NCBI GenBank assembly: GCA_037142555.1
Contig: JBAXAJ010000001.1
Location: 104,423-168,422, forward strand
Reading direction: 5' to 3'
Origin: Candidatus Shapirobacteria bacterium
GTDB taxonomy: Bacteria; Patescibacteriota; Microgenomatia; UBA12405
Length of the DNA: 64,000 bases
Shown here: positions 10,592 through 21,055 of the stretch, piece after piece
Layout: each line of letters opens with the position of its first letter
How positions within the stretch are numbered: position 1 is the stretch's first letter
Notes under the pieces: model-generated
What the model saw: the letters and a program-made list of their open reading frames with translations, nothing else
What the model was told of the DNA's origin: nothing
The model's database searches: none
Translations under genes and position numbers: made by a program

Positions 10592-11478
10592 ACAAAATAA
10601 TCGGAACAGGTTTAAGTGGTCTAGTTGGCAGTCGCATCGTCGAAATTCTAAAAGATAAATATGAATTTGTCGATTTTTCTCTAGATTCTGGTGTCAACAT
10701 TTTAGACAAAGAAAGTTTAGCTGCTGCTTTTGAAGCTAACAAAGATGCTGTTGCCATTCTTCATTTAGCTGCTTTCACCGACACTAATGCTGCTTGGGAG
10801 CAACTTGGGGATGAGACTGGTCTTTGTTATCAACTCAATGTTGAGGGCACCAGAAACATTTTAAATCTAGCCCAAAAATATAATCAATATTTTATCTATA
10901 TTTCCACTGATTTTGTTTTTGATGGTCAAAAATCAACTCCTTATCTTGAAACTGACGCTCCAACTCCAATTGAATGGTATGGTGAAACTAAATATCTAGG
11001 GGAAAAAGTAATTGAAGATTCAGGCTATCAAAACTTTAATATTTCCAGAATTACCTATCCTTACAGAGCCAAATTTGAACCAAAAGTTGACATCATCAGA
11101 AAAGTCATAGCTAAACTTCAGAATAATGAAGAAGTAAAAATGTTTTCTGATCAAATTTGCACCTACACTTTCATTGATGATATTGCTAAGGCTTTGGGCT
11201 ATTTTTTAGAAAATAAAACAAATGGAATCTATCATCTAGTCGGTTCATCTTCACATTCTCCATATGAAATGTGTCAAAAGATTGCCGAGGCTTTTAATTT
11301 AAACAAAGATTTAATTTCTGCTTCCAGTCTAGAAGACTACATTAAATCTCAACCAGAAGGGAGTCGCCCTTGGCAAAAGACTCTAACCACTTCAAACAAA
11401 AAAATAACTGATCTCGGAATTCACATGTCGACTCTTGAAGAAGGCCTTCAAAAAATCAAAATCCAAATGGGTCTTTAA
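10588..11478 (+). CDS. rmlD: dTDP-4-dehydrorhamnose reductase (SDR)
   Basis: GTGLSGLVG, HLAAFT, ISTDFVFDG, YGETK; follows rmlBC. Confidence 0.85.
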   Translation: MNKIIGTGLSGLVGSRIVEILKDKYEFVDFSLDSGVNILDKESLAAAFEANKDAVAILHLAAFTDTNAAWEQLGDETGLCYQLNVEGTRNILNLAQKYNQYFIYISTDFVFDGQKSTPYLETDAPTPIEWYGETKYLGEKVIEDSGYQNFNISRITYPYRAKFEPKVDIIRKVIAKLQNNEEVKMFSDQICTYTFIDDIAKALGYFLENKTNGIYHLVGSSSHSPYEMCQKIAEAFNLNKDLISASSLEDYIKSQPEGSRPWQKTLTTSNKKITDLGIHMSTLEEGLQKIKIQMGL

Positions 11479-11618
11479 GCTTGATTATTATCCTATATAT
11501 TGTTAGAATGCACAGGTATTGAAGTCAAATCATCATTGCTTTGGTTCAAGAATTTTCGATACGCGCACGTTAAAAAACCGTAAAATACAAAAAAAGAAAA
11601 AAAAAGGAGCTGGTATGA

Positions 11619-12032
11619 ATGCAACAAAAATTCAACTGTGTAGCAGAATTTAGGTTATGGAAAACAGAAAGGCATTTCAAAAAATTTCTTCACTTCATTG
11701 GATTGAACATTGAATTTCGCGAAAATTGGTATTCCGAAATCGGATACTGTGAAACAAAAAATGTAATAGTATCAAAAAAGGAAGACGAACATCATCATCT
11801 CTCTTACCAAATAAAGAAACTTCAAAGTCTTATTTATGAAGATTTTAAACAGCACCATCCAAAAGGGGTTCAAGAAATAGAGTATTTGCTAAAAATCTAT
11901 CATAAGATAGAAGAGAATATTGCTTTTGCTTTAAGTAATGACATTTCAAAAGAGTTTTCAAAATTTGAAAAATATCTTCATAGAATTCATGAAGTAAATT
12001 TTAAAATTGAATTATTCTTTTCTATTAAATAG
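11619..12032 (+). CDS. Hypothetical protein
   Basis: 137-aa ORF with SD AAGGAG, an upstream TTGATT-N17-TAGAAT promoter and a downstream hairpin. Confidence 0.6.
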   Translation: MQQKFNCVAEFRLWKTERHFKKFLHFIGLNIEFRENWYSEIGYCETKNVIVSKKEDEHHHLSYQIKKLQSLIYEDFKQHHPKGVQEIEYLLKIYHKIEENIAFALSNDISKEFSKFEKYLHRIHEVNFKIELFFSIK

Positions 12033-12036
12033 AAAT

Positions 12037-12068
12037 GAGAGGAGTTTCTCCTCTCTTTCCTTTTTTTA
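12037..12068 (+). terminator. Intrinsic terminator between convergent genes
   Basis: GAGAGGAG-TTT-CTCCTCTC followed by a T-rich tract. Confidence 0.7.
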
Positions 12069-12079
12069 GTATTTTACGG

Positions 12080-13261
12080 TTATTTTATTAAATCAGCCAT
12101 TTTCTTCGCTTCTCTAATCGCATAATTAATTCCCCTGTCTTCCGGATAAATTTGAGCAAAATTCAATTGATATAAATTATCTTTAATCTTGTATTTTGGA
12201 GCCTTATAATTTTTACCAACAATATGTTGAGCATTTTTCATTCTAAAAACTTTCTTTTCAATAATTTGTTTTTCATCAAATTCAGGTTTAATTTTCTTTA
12301 AATAATCAAAAAATTCTTTTTCAATTTCTTCATCACTACACTTAAAATATTTATGATCTTGAGTCACATAAGTCCCCAAGTAATAAATATTTTTCTCATT
12401 ATAATTTTTAGTCCCCATCAAATTAGTATGTTCAATCATCACCAAGAAAGGGGAGTTTAGATCATTAATGTTGTGCCAATAATCTTTACTCAGGCTTTGT
12501 TTTGAAGAAAAAACCACATTCACCGCTCCTAAATATTCAATATCTTTAACCGGTCTAGTATCAATCACTACATCAAAAGCCTCCCTGTCAAGGGAGGTGT
12601 CCGCAGGACGGAGGGTTTGTACATTTATTTTTTCTGCCAATTTATCAATAATTTGTCTAAAACCTCCATCCATATATCCCAACACCTCATCACCACTCTC
12701 ATCTTTTGACCCACCTCTAGTGTGAATTCTTGCCCAAAGCCAAGCCATTGAAATTTTTTCATAGTATTGATGGAATTTACCACGTAAAAGTGGTTCCCAA
12801 ATGACTTTATACGCCTCTTTCCCAGCCCATTTCTTCATCCACTCAACTGCTGTTTCATCTTCATACTTTTGCCAATTTTTATCAAGTTTGAGCCATAAAT
12901 AGACTAAACCTAGTCTAAATTTATCCAAAAATCCTAATTCACCAAACTTTAATAAATCAATTGCACCTAAGAATGGATAAAATTTATCATTATAAAAAAG
13001 TGAAATCGAACTTTTATGCCATTTAAGCTTATTTTTTAAACCTAATTCTTCAATTAAATTAATTATTTCACTATCATTTTTAAAAATATGGTGATAAGTC
13101 TTTTCTAAATTTTCACTCTCCATTTCAAAACTCGATAATAAACCCCCAATTTCTTTCTCTTTTTCAAAAACAGTGACTGTATGTCCTTTTTTTGTTAATT
13201 CATATCCAAGGCTCAATCCGCCAATTCCAGCTCCAATTATTGCAATTTTTTTACTATCCAT
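12080..13261 (-). CDS. FAD-dependent oxidoreductase (protoporphyrinogen/amine oxidase-like)
   Basis: N-terminal IIGAGIGGL..VFEK..GG FAD motif; YHHIF; C-terminal YPEDRG. Confidence 0.8.
   Translation of the reverse strand: MDSKKIAIIGAGIGGLSLGYELTKKGHTVTVFEKEKEIGGLLSSFEMESENLEKTYHHIFKNDSEIINLIEELGLKNKLKWHKSSISLFYNDKFYPFLGAIDLLKFGELGFLDKFRLGLVYLWLKLDKNWQKYEDETAVEWMKKWAGKEAYKVIWEPLLRGKFHQYYEKISMAWLWARIHTRGGSKDESGDEVLGYMDGGFRQIIDKLAEKINVQTLRPADTSLDREAFDVVIDTRPVKDIEYLGAVNVVFSSKQSLSKDYWHNINDLNSPFLVMIEHTNLMGTKNYNEKNIYYLGTYVTQDHKYFKCSDEEIEKEFFDYLKKIKPEFDEKQIIEKKVFRMKNAQHIVGKNYKAPKYKIKDNLYQLNFAQIYPEDRGINYAIREAKKMADLIK
12579..12618. repeat. REP-like palindromic element inside the oxidoreductase CDS
   Basis: GC-rich CCTCCCT-GTCA-AGGGAGG hairpin + GTCC-GCA-GGAC + GAGGGTTT tail within an AT-rich gene; related copy at 54520. 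Confidence 0.65.
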
Positions 13262-13295
13262 CCCTTATTATAAAATAGTTATAATAAATTAACTA

Positions 13296-14528
13296 ATGAC
13301 CATTTTTAAATTAATACCATTTTGGGTTTTTATTTTGCTATTTCAACTAGGTGGAAACATCCATTACACTTTTTTGCCAGTTCTTGGTCAAAGACTAACT
13401 GACACTTGGATAGTTGGAATTGTAATTAGTGCTCTTTCTTTTACCCAATTAATGATGGACATTCCCGCTGGATTTTTACTCGATCGTTTTGGTTATCGAA
13501 AAATGATTCGAATCGGAACTGTGATTTTTATTTTGTCTTGTCTAATTTTGGCCTTTGTCCCAGGTTTCCTAGGTTTTGTTCTAGCTTCCATCAGTGCTTC
13601 TTTTGGTTGGCTTTTTTCAATGCCAGGGATTAATGCTTATATTCTTTCTTCAGCCCCAACCAAATCCGCTGAAAAATTTATAGTTTCTCGAGATATTGTC
13701 AGTGCTATTGGTATCGGTTTAGGTTCAATAGCCATCACCTACACAGTCGGGCTAACATCCACCACTGTTGGTTTAATTGCTGCCGCAGTCCTTTCTATGG
13801 CTTTAGTTTTTATTTGGATTTCTCCAAAAGAAACTGCTTCAGTTCACCAAGAAATAAAAGTAAAACACCATCATTTCTATATCAGACGCCATATCTTTAA
13901 AAAATTATTTTCTGCTCTTAATAAACTAAACCCAGCCAGTTGGATGCTTATTTCTCAAGCTCTTTGTTCAAGCATCTTTTATTCAATTGTTTGGTTTGTT
14001 GTTCCAATCATGATTATGGATCCAACCAAAGAAATATTTGGTATCAGTCTTGGTGTTTTTGACTTAGCCATTATATCTCTAGGTTTATTACTTGGTAAGT
14101 TATGTCAAAAAATTAAAGAAAGAAGAGCTATTGTTTTAGGTTTATCTATTTTTGCTTTATCAGCTCTAATAATAGGTAATCAAAATCAATGGTTTTTCCT
14201 ACTTTTTGCTTTTCTAGCCACTTCTGGTGATGAACTATCCAGTGTTTCTCTTTGGTCTTGGTTGGCTAAACTTGATAAAGACCATGGAACAGATGGAGAG
14301 GTTGCCAGTGTTGTCTCCTTCTTTAATGATTTAGGTTGGAGCATCGGTCCAGTCACTGCTGGCATATTATATGGAATCTTTGGTGGTGAATTAACCATAA
14401 CTTTTGCCGCAATTCCAATTTTGATTACCTTTTTAATTTCTGTAATCCTAATTATTAAGTATAATCACACCCTTAATTTTGATAGTTCTAATGTCAGTGC
14501 ACCTAGAAGAATCCGAAGCAAGAGGTAA
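13296..14528 (+). CDS. MFS transporter
   Basis: ~12 hydrophobic segments; motif A-like GFLLDRFGYRK. Confidence 0.85.
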   Translation: MTIFKLIPFWVFILLFQLGGNIHYTFLPVLGQRLTDTWIVGIVISALSFTQLMMDIPAGFLLDRFGYRKMIRIGTVIFILSCLILAFVPGFLGFVLASISASFGWLFSMPGINAYILSSAPTKSAEKFIVSRDIVSAIGIGLGSIAITYTVGLTSTTVGLIAAAVLSMALVFIWISPKETASVHQEIKVKHHHFYIRRHIFKKLFSALNKLNPASWMLISQALCSSIFYSIVWFVVPIMIMDPTKEIFGISLGVFDLAIISLGLLLGKLCQKIKERRAIVLGLSIFALSALIIGNQNQWFFLLFAFLATSGDELSSVSLWSWLAKLDKDHGTDGEVASVVSFFNDLGWSIGPVTAGILYGIFGGELTITFAAIPILITFLISVILIIKYNHTLNFDSSNVSAPRRIRSKR

Positions 14529-14629
14529 GTTAATTAAAAATATTGTAAAATTGATTTGAAATGGTATCATAAGACCATCCGCTGTTGCTCAAATGCAACG
14601 GTTTTTATTATTAAATATAGATATATTAT

Positions 14630-16735
14630 ATGGCTGAACAAATTAAACTTACAAAAAATAGAGATGTAACCATGGATAAAGTCCGTAACATCGGAATTAT
14701 TGCTCACATCGACGGTGGTAAAACTACTACAACTGAAAGAATTTTATTTTATACCGGAAAAATCCACAAAATCGGTTCTGTTGACGAAGGTTCAACCACC
14801 ACCGATTCTATGGCTCAAGAAAAAGAAAGAGGAATCACTATCCAATCTGCTTGTATCACTACTTTTTGGAAAGATTATCGTCTAAACATAATCGACACTC
14901 CTGGGCACGTTGACTTCACTGCTGAAGTTGAAAGATCTCTCCGAGTTCTAGACGGTGCCATCATGATTTTCGATGGTAATGCTGGAGTTCAAGCTCAATC
15001 TGAAACAGTTTGGCGACAAGCTGACAAATATGGTGTCCCTCGAATTGCTTTTGTGAACAAAATGGACAAAATCGGTGCTTCTTTTAAAGGCACTCTTCAA
15101 AGTATTAACGAAAAACTTAAAGCTCCAATCGTTCCAGTCGTCATTCCTGTCGGTGAAGAACATGACCACATTGGTGTCATCGATCTTATGGAAATGAAGA
15201 TGATTGTTTACGATAAAGATGAACAAGGAATGGATTTCACTACTAAAGATGTCACTGATGAATATAAAGATGCTGCAATTAAAGCTCGAGCTGAAATGGT
15301 CGAAAAAATTGCTGGTGAAGATGAAGCTCTAATGGAAAAATTCTTAAATGATGAAGAAATTAGTATCCCAGAATTAAAAGCTGTTCTTCGCAAAGCTACT
15401 ATTGATCGAAAACTTTTCCCAGTTTACTGCGGTGCTGCCTGGAGAAATAAAGGTATCCATCCAGTTCTAGACGGAATCATCAATTATTTGCCATCTCCTC
15501 TAGATTTACCTGCAATTGAAGGTTATGATCCTGAAACTAGTGAAGTTTTGACTAGAAAACCAGAAAGAACTGAACCTCTTTCAGCTCTTCTTTTCAAAGT
15601 TCAATCAGATGCTCATGTCGGAACTCTATCTTATGTTCGTGTCTATTCAGGAACTCTTAAAGCTGGTTCTGAAGTCTATAACACTACCAAGAAAAAAAGC
15701 GAAAGAATAGGACGTTTATTGTTAATGCATGCTGACAAAAGAGAAGGTCTTGAACAAGCTTTTGCTGGAGAAATTGTTGCCTGTATTGGTTTAAAAGAAT
15801 CAACCACTGGTGATACTCTCTGCGATGTAAACAACATTATCTCTCTATCTCCAATTCAATTTTCTGATCCAGTCATTTCTCTATCAGTCGAACCTCTAAC
15901 CACTGATGACCAAGAAAAAATGGGTACAGCTCTTAACCGTCTATCAATTGAAGATCCTACTTTTAAAGTTTCATACAACCACGAAACTGGTCAAACCATC
16001 ATCGCTGGTATGGGAGAACTCTATCTAGAAATCATCGTTGATCGTTTAAAGAGAGAATTCGGTGTCGGTGTCAAAACCGGTGCTCCTCAAGTTGCCTATC
16101 GTGAAGCTATTTCTGCTCCAGCTGATGGTGAAGGTAAATATATTCATCAATCTGGTGGTCATGGTCAATATGGTCATTGTAAAATCAAAATTGAACCTAA
16201 GAATAGAGGAGAAGGTGTTGAATTTGTTAACGCCGTCAAAGGTGGAGCAATTCCATCAAACTTCATTCCTGCTATTGAAAAAGGTGTCCGAGAAACTCTA
16301 ACTAAAGGTATCATTGCTGGCTATCCAGCTACCGACATTAAAGTCACTGTTTATGATGGAACCTACCACGAAGTCGATTCTTCTGAAATGGCTTTCAAAC
16401 TAGCTGGTGCTTATGCTATCAAAGACGCTTTCGTCAAAGCTAACCCACAAGTTCTCGAACCTATCATGAAATTCGAAGTTAACACTCCATCAGAATTTTT
16501 AGGGACAGTAATTGGTGACCTTTCATCTCGCCGTGGTCAAATCAATGGAACCAGTGAAACTGGAACCTTCACTACTATTAATGCTTTCATTCCTCTAGAA
16601 GCAATTCGAGGTTATGCTACCGTTATTAGATCTTTGACTCAAGGACGAGGCGATTTCTACATGGAACCATCTCATTATGATCCAGTTCCTCGTGACGTCC
16701 AAGAAGAATTAACTACAAAAGTCGGTAATAGATAA
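14630..16735 (+). CDS. fusA: Elongation factor G
   Basis: RNIGIIAHIDGGKTT, ERGITI, DTPGHVDF, NKMD. Confidence 0.98.
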   Translation: MAEQIKLTKNRDVTMDKVRNIGIIAHIDGGKTTTTERILFYTGKIHKIGSVDEGSTTTDSMAQEKERGITIQSACITTFWKDYRLNIIDTPGHVDFTAEVERSLRVLDGAIMIFDGNAGVQAQSETVWRQADKYGVPRIAFVNKMDKIGASFKGTLQSINEKLKAPIVPVVIPVGEEHDHIGVIDLMEMKMIVYDKDEQGMDFTTKDVTDEYKDAAIKARAEMVEKIAGEDEALMEKFLNDEEISIPELKAVLRKATIDRKLFPVYCGAAWRNKGIHPVLDGIINYLPSPLDLPAIEGYDPETSEVLTRKPERTEPLSALLFKVQSDAHVGTLSYVRVYSGTLKAGSEVYNTTKKKSERIGRLLLMHADKREGLEQAFAGEIVACIGLKESTTGDTLCDVNNIISLSPIQFSDPVISLSVEPLTTDDQEKMGTALNRLSIEDPTFKVSYNHETGQTIIAGMGELYLEIIVDRLKREFGVGVKTGAPQVAYREAISAPADGEGKYIHQSGGHGQYGHCKIKIEPKNRGEGVEFVNAVKGGAIPSNFIPAIEKGVRETLTKGIIAGYPATDIKVTVYDGTYHEVDSSEMAFKLAGAYAIKDAFVKANPQVLEPIMKFEVNTPSEFLGTVIGDLSSRRGQINGTSETGTFTTINAFIPLEAIRGYATVIRSLTQGRGDFYMEPSHYDPVPRDVQEELTTKVGNR

Positions 16736-16856
16736 ACTGGCTAGTAATTTAGGCTAATATAGTCAAACTTTATCTATTATTTATGATAAAATTTCTGTTA
16801 CCTTAATTTAGATAAAAGTTTTCTAAAAAAAGCATTAAATTGCTTGGTTTTGTATG

Positions 16857-16885
16857 TTGCAAAGCTCTTGCCCAGCTGGTACAAT
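16857..16885 (+). promoter_or_regulatory. Probable tuf/S10 promoter
   Basis: TTGCAA-N17-TACAAT with extended TG, in the 230-nt fusA-tuf spacer. Confidence 0.6.
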
Positions 16886-16965
16886 CTAAAAGCATTTTAA
16901 TCTTAAATATTATTAATTTTAAATTTCGTCTTAACAAAGACAATAAATAAAAGGAGAAAAATCAA

Positions 16966-18138
16966 ATGGCAGATACTTATCAAAGAAATAAGCCACACGT
17001 CAATGTCGGAACCATTGGTCACGTCGATCATGGAAAAACCACTTTAACTGCAGCAATTTCAAAAGTCCAAGGTAGCTCAAAATCATACGCAGACATCGCT
17101 AAGGGCGGTACTGTTCGTGATGCTTCCAAAATCGTTACTATCGCTATTTCTCACATCGAATACGAAACTGAGAACAGACATTACGCTCACATCGACTGTC
17201 CAGGACACGCTGATTATGTCAAAAACATGATTACCGGTGCTGCTCAAATGGATGGAGCTATTTTAGTCGTTTCTGCACCAGACGGTCCAATGCCTCAAAC
17301 TAGAGAACACGTTCTTCTAGCTAAACAGGTTAACGTTCCATCTTTGGTCGTTTTCTTAAACAAAGTTGATTTAGTTGAAGATCCAGAATTCTTAGAACTA
17401 GTTGAAATGGAAATCCGAGATTTATTAACTAAATACGGTTTCCCAGGTGATGAAACTCCAATCATTCGTGGTAGTGCTCTTAAAGCTCTAAACGGTGATG
17501 CTGAAGGTATTGAATCTATTAAGAAATTAATGGAAGCTCTTGATACCTACATTCCTGAACCTGTTCGTGAACTTGATAAACCTTTCTTAATGCCAATTGA
17601 AGACGTTTTCTCAATCAAAGGTCGAGGAACTGTTGCTACTGGTAGAATCGAAAAAGGTATCATTAAAATCAATGATGAAATTGAAATCGTTGGTTTAAGA
17701 GACACTAAAAAAGCTATTGTTACTGGTGTTGAAATGTTCCACAAACTACTTGATCAAGGTCAAGCAGGTGATAACGTTGGATTATTGCTCCGCGGAGTTG
17801 AAAAAGATGACATCGAAAGAGGTCAAGTTTTAGCTAAGCCAGGTTCAATCACTCCTCACACTGAATTCAAAGCTGAAGTCCTTTTACTTAAAAAAGATGA
17901 AGGTGGTCGACATACTCCAATCTTCTCTGGTTACAGACCACAAGTTTTCATCAGAACTACTGATGTAACTGGTGACATCTCTCTTCCAGAAGGTATGGAA
18001 ATGGTCATGCCAGGCGACAATGCCACTGTTAACGTTAAATTAATTAAACCTGTTGCTATGCAAGAAGGTCAAAGATTCGCTATTCGTGAAGGTGGTTTGA
18101 CCGTCGGTGCAGGAGCTATAACAGAAATTATTAAATAA
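16966..18138 (+). CDS. tuf: Elongation factor Tu
   Basis: [38 protein letters not shown]. Confidence 0.99.
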   Translation: MADTYQRNKPHVNVGTIGHVDHGKTTLTAAISKVQGSSKSYADIAKGGTVRDASKIVTIAISHIEYETENRHYAHIDCPGHADYVKNMITGAAQMDGAILVVSAPDGPMPQTREHVLLAKQVNVPSLVVFLNKVDLVEDPEFLELVEMEIRDLLTKYGFPGDETPIIRGSALKALNGDAEGIESIKKLMEALDTYIPEPVRELDKPFLMPIEDVFSIKGRGTVATGRIEKGIIKINDEIEIVGLRDTKKAIVTGVEMFHKLLDQGQAGDNVGLLLRGVEKDDIERGQVLAKPGSITPHTEFKAEVLLLKKDEGGRHTPIFSGYRPQVFIRTTDVTGDISLPEGMEMVMPGDNATVNVKLIKPVAMQEGQRFAIREGGLTVGAGAITEIIK

Positions 18139-18140
18139 AT

Positions 18141-18452
18141 ATGTCCAAAGGTAACCGTATCCGAATTAAATTAAAGTCATTTGATCATCGTATTATCGAT
18201 GAAGCAGCTGTCAAAATTGTTGAGGCTGCGGTTACCGCTGGTGCTCAGGTTGAAGGTCCAATTCCTTTACCGACCGAAAGAAAAACAATCACCGTTTTAA
18301 CCAGTCCTCATACTGATAAAAACGCTCGTGAACATTTTAAAATATTAACCCATAAAAGGCTTATTAATATTTCTAACACTAGTCTTCGTACTGTTGATAG
18401 TCTTCAACACTTAGATTTACCCTCGGGAGTAGAAGTAGAGATTAAGATGTAA
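18141..18452 (+). CDS. rpsJ: 30S ribosomal protein S10
   Basis: RIRIKLKSFDH, GPIPLPT, THKRLI. Confidence 0.97.
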   Translation: MSKGNRIRIKLKSFDHRIIDEAAVKIVEAAVTAGAQVEGPIPLPTERKTITVLTSPHTDKNAREHFKILTHKRLINISNTSLRTVDSLQHLDLPSGVEVEIKM

Positions 18453-18459
18453 TATAACT

Positions 18460-19080
18460 ATGATTTCAGGATTTATTGTAAAAAAAGGTTTCATGACCAG
18501 TGTATATACCGAAGACGGCAAGCGAATTGCTGTCACTAAGTGCGCCGCGTTACCTATTAAAGTAACTCAAATTAAAACAACCGAAAAAGATGGTTATCAA
18601 GCTGTTCAAGTTGCTTACGGAATCCGCAAAAAACTTGACAAAGCTACTGCTGGAAAATTAAGTAAAGCAAAAATTGATCTTAAACCTCAACATTTTAAAG
18701 AATTTAAAGCTCTTGCTGACCAAGAAATTGAAATAGGTAGTGACATCACTATCGATTCAGTTTTCGCAGTTGGCGACACTGTTGATGCTACCGGCACTAC
18801 TAAAGGTCGTGGTTTTGCTGGTGTTATCAAAAGACATGGTTTCAAGAAGCAACCAATCAAAAACGCTTCAGACAGAATCAGAGCCCCAGGTTCTATTGGT
18901 GCTCAAACTCCTGGTAAAGTTGTCAAAGGTAAAAAAATGCCAGGACACATGGGTAATGTAAATGAAACAGTCACTTTCCTTAAAGTTATCGATGTTAACA
19001 AAGAAACTAACGAAATATTAATTAGTGGTTCAATTCCTGGTTGTATCAATTCCTGGGTAACCATCTCTAAAAGATCATAA
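18460..19080 (+). CDS. rplC: 50S ribosomal protein L3
   Basis: DGYQAVQ, KGRGFAGVIKRHGF, PGSIG, GKKMPGHMG. Confidence 0.97.
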   Translation: MISGFIVKKGFMTSVYTEDGKRIAVTKCAALPIKVTQIKTTEKDGYQAVQVAYGIRKKLDKATAGKLSKAKIDLKPQHFKEFKALADQEIEIGSDITIDSVFAVGDTVDATGTTKGRGFAGVIKRHGFKKQPIKNASDRIRAPGSIGAQTPGKVVKGKKMPGHMGNVNETVTFLKVIDVNKETNEILISGSIPGCINSWVTISKRS

Positions 19081-19082
19081 TT

Positions 19083-19718
19083 ATGAAAGCTCAAATCTAT
19101 AATATTAAAGCTGAAAATGTTGGTGAAATAGCCTTACCAAAAGCAATCTTTGAATCAAAAATTTGTGAAGATGTCATTTCTCGATCTATTCGTGCTTACT
19201 TAGCTGCTCAAAGAACCGCTAATCCAAAAACAAAAACTCGATCTGAAGTTAAAGCTACCAGAAAGAAAGTTTGGGCTCAAAAGGGGACTGGACGTGCTCG
19301 TCATGGTAACCGAACTGCTCCAATTTTTGCTGGTGGAGGTCGCGCTTGGGGTCCAAGAGGTGAACAAAACTACACTCTAGGAATCAATAAAAAGATGAAA
19401 AGAGTCGCTATAAATTCAATTTTGACTAAATTTGCTCAAGATAAAAAAATCATAATTATCGACAAATTTAATGATATTACTCCTAAAACTAAAGAAGCTA
19501 TTAAATTAATTACTGGACTTAAAGCTAATAATGAAGTATTATCTAAAAGTTCAAAAGTTGGTATTATTACTACTCAAACTCTAGATAATGTCTTAAGAGC
19601 TTTTGGTAATCTTAAAAAAATTAATCTTTTGTCCTTAAAATCATTAAATGCTTACGATCTTTCTAATCAAAACTTTTTGATTATTAGTAAGAAAGTAATC
19701 ACTCATTTTTCTAAATAA
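19083..19718 (+). CDS. rplD: 50S ribosomal protein L4
   Basis: TKTRSEV, QKGTGRARHG. Confidence 0.97.
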   Translation: MKAQIYNIKAENVGEIALPKAIFESKICEDVISRSIRAYLAAQRTANPKTKTRSEVKATRKKVWAQKGTGRARHGNRTAPIFAGGGRAWGPRGEQNYTLGINKKMKRVAINSILTKFAQDKKIIIIDKFNDITPKTKEAIKLITGLKANNEVLSKSSKVGIITTQTLDNVLRAFGNLKKINLLSLKSLNAYDLSNQNFLIISKKVITHFSK

Positions 19719-19720
19719 AT

Positions 19721-20026
19721 ATGAATTCTATTAGTACACAACATATTATTTTAAAGCCAATCATAACTGAAAAAGCTTTAATCGAACAATCTAAGGGTAA
19801 ATATTGCTTTTGGGTTGCAAAATCAGCTAACAAGAATCAAATTGAAAAATCTTTTGAAATGGTTTTCGGAGTTAAACCTCTAGCAGTAAACACCATTATT
19901 CTTAAAGGTAAAATGAAAACTGATTGGAAAAAAAGAAAACCAATCAAAAAATCTGATCAAAAGAAAGCAATTATTACAGTTGCTAAAGATCAAAAAATCG
20001 AATTATTAACTATAAATAACAAATAA
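19721..20026 (+). CDS. rplW: 50S ribosomal protein L23
   Basis: PIITEKA, KKAIITV; operon position. Confidence 0.95.
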   Translation: MNSISTQHIILKPIITEKALIEQSKGKYCFWVAKSANKNQIEKSFEMVFGVKPLAVNTIILKGKMKTDWKKRKPIKKSDQKKAIITVAKDQKIELLTINNK

Positions 20027-20030
20027 AATT

Positions 20031-20774
20031 ATGCCATTAGTTCGTCCAACATTAACTATCAAGAAAAAGAAAAGCGGTCGTGATGCTCAAGGTCATGTTT
20101 CTGTCAGACACCGAGGTGGAGAACATAAACGTTTCATCAGAACCCTAGAATGGAATCGAAATAAAATTGACATCAAAGCTAAAGTTATCGGGATTGAATA
20201 TGATCCAGGTCGAACAGCTGACATTGCTCTTTTATGTTATGACGATGGAACTAAATCCTACATTTTAGCGACTAGTGCTCTAAAAGTCGGTGATGTCGTC
20301 GTTTCTTCAGAAAATGCTCCAATAAAAGATGGTAACTGCCTAGCTCTTAAAAACATTCCAGTTGGAACTCCAATTCATGCCTTAACATTCCAAGTTGGTA
20401 AACCAGCTCAATTAGTAAAGAGTGCCGGTTCTGCCGCTTACATTCAAAGTGTCGATGGTAACAAAGCCATCGTTAAATTACCTTCTGGTGAAATTAGAAT
20501 TTTTCATGCTGACTCCAAAGCTACTATTGGTCAAGTCGGAAATGCTGATCACAGCAATCAAAAACTAACCAAAGCCGGTGACTCTCGTCATCGAGGTATC
20601 AGACCAACTGTTCGAGGTGTTGCTCAAAATCCTCATTCTCATCCACACGGTGGAGGTGAAGGTCGATCATCTATCGGTATGCATCCAAAAACTCCTTGGG
20701 GTAAACCAGCTTTCAAGAAAACCAGAAAGAAAAAGAATGCCTCTAATAAATTAATTATTAAAAAACGTAAATAG
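20031..20774 (+). CDS. rplB: 50S ribosomal protein L2 (short N-terminus)
   Basis: [34 protein letters not shown]. Confidence 0.97.
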   Translation: MPLVRPTLTIKKKKSGRDAQGHVSVRHRGGEHKRFIRTLEWNRNKIDIKAKVIGIEYDPGRTADIALLCYDDGTKSYILATSALKVGDVVVSSENAPIKDGNCLALKNIPVGTPIHALTFQVGKPAQLVKSAGSAAYIQSVDGNKAIVKLPSGEIRIFHADSKATIGQVGNADHSNQKLTKAGDSRHRGIRPTVRGVAQNPHSHPHGGGEGRSSIGMHPKTPWGKPAFKKTRKKKNASNKLIIKKRK

Positions 20775-20776
20775 TT

Positions 20777-21052
20777 ATGACTAGAAGTTCACGTAAAGGA
20801 CCATACATAGACGAGAAACTTATTTTAAAAGTTTCTAAAAAAACTGGTTCTGAACCTATTAAAACTTATGCCAGAAGCAGCCAAATATCTCCGGATTTTG
20901 TTGGCACTAACTTCGAAGTTCATAACGGTAAAAAGTTCATTAATGTCTATATTACTGAAGATATGGTTGGACATCGTCTAGGCGAATTCTCTCCAACTCG
21001 AACCTTCAAAGGTCATGGACGTGTTGTTAAAAGAATTATTGAAAAGACATAA
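20777..21052 (+). CDS. rpsS: 30S ribosomal protein S19
   Basis: [26 protein letters not shown]. Confidence 0.97.
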   Translation: MTRSSRKGPYIDEKLILKVSKKTGSEPIKTYARSSQISPDFVGTNFEVHNGKKFINVYITEDMVGHRLGEFSPTRTFKGHGRVVKRIIEKT

Positions 21053-21055
21053 ACT

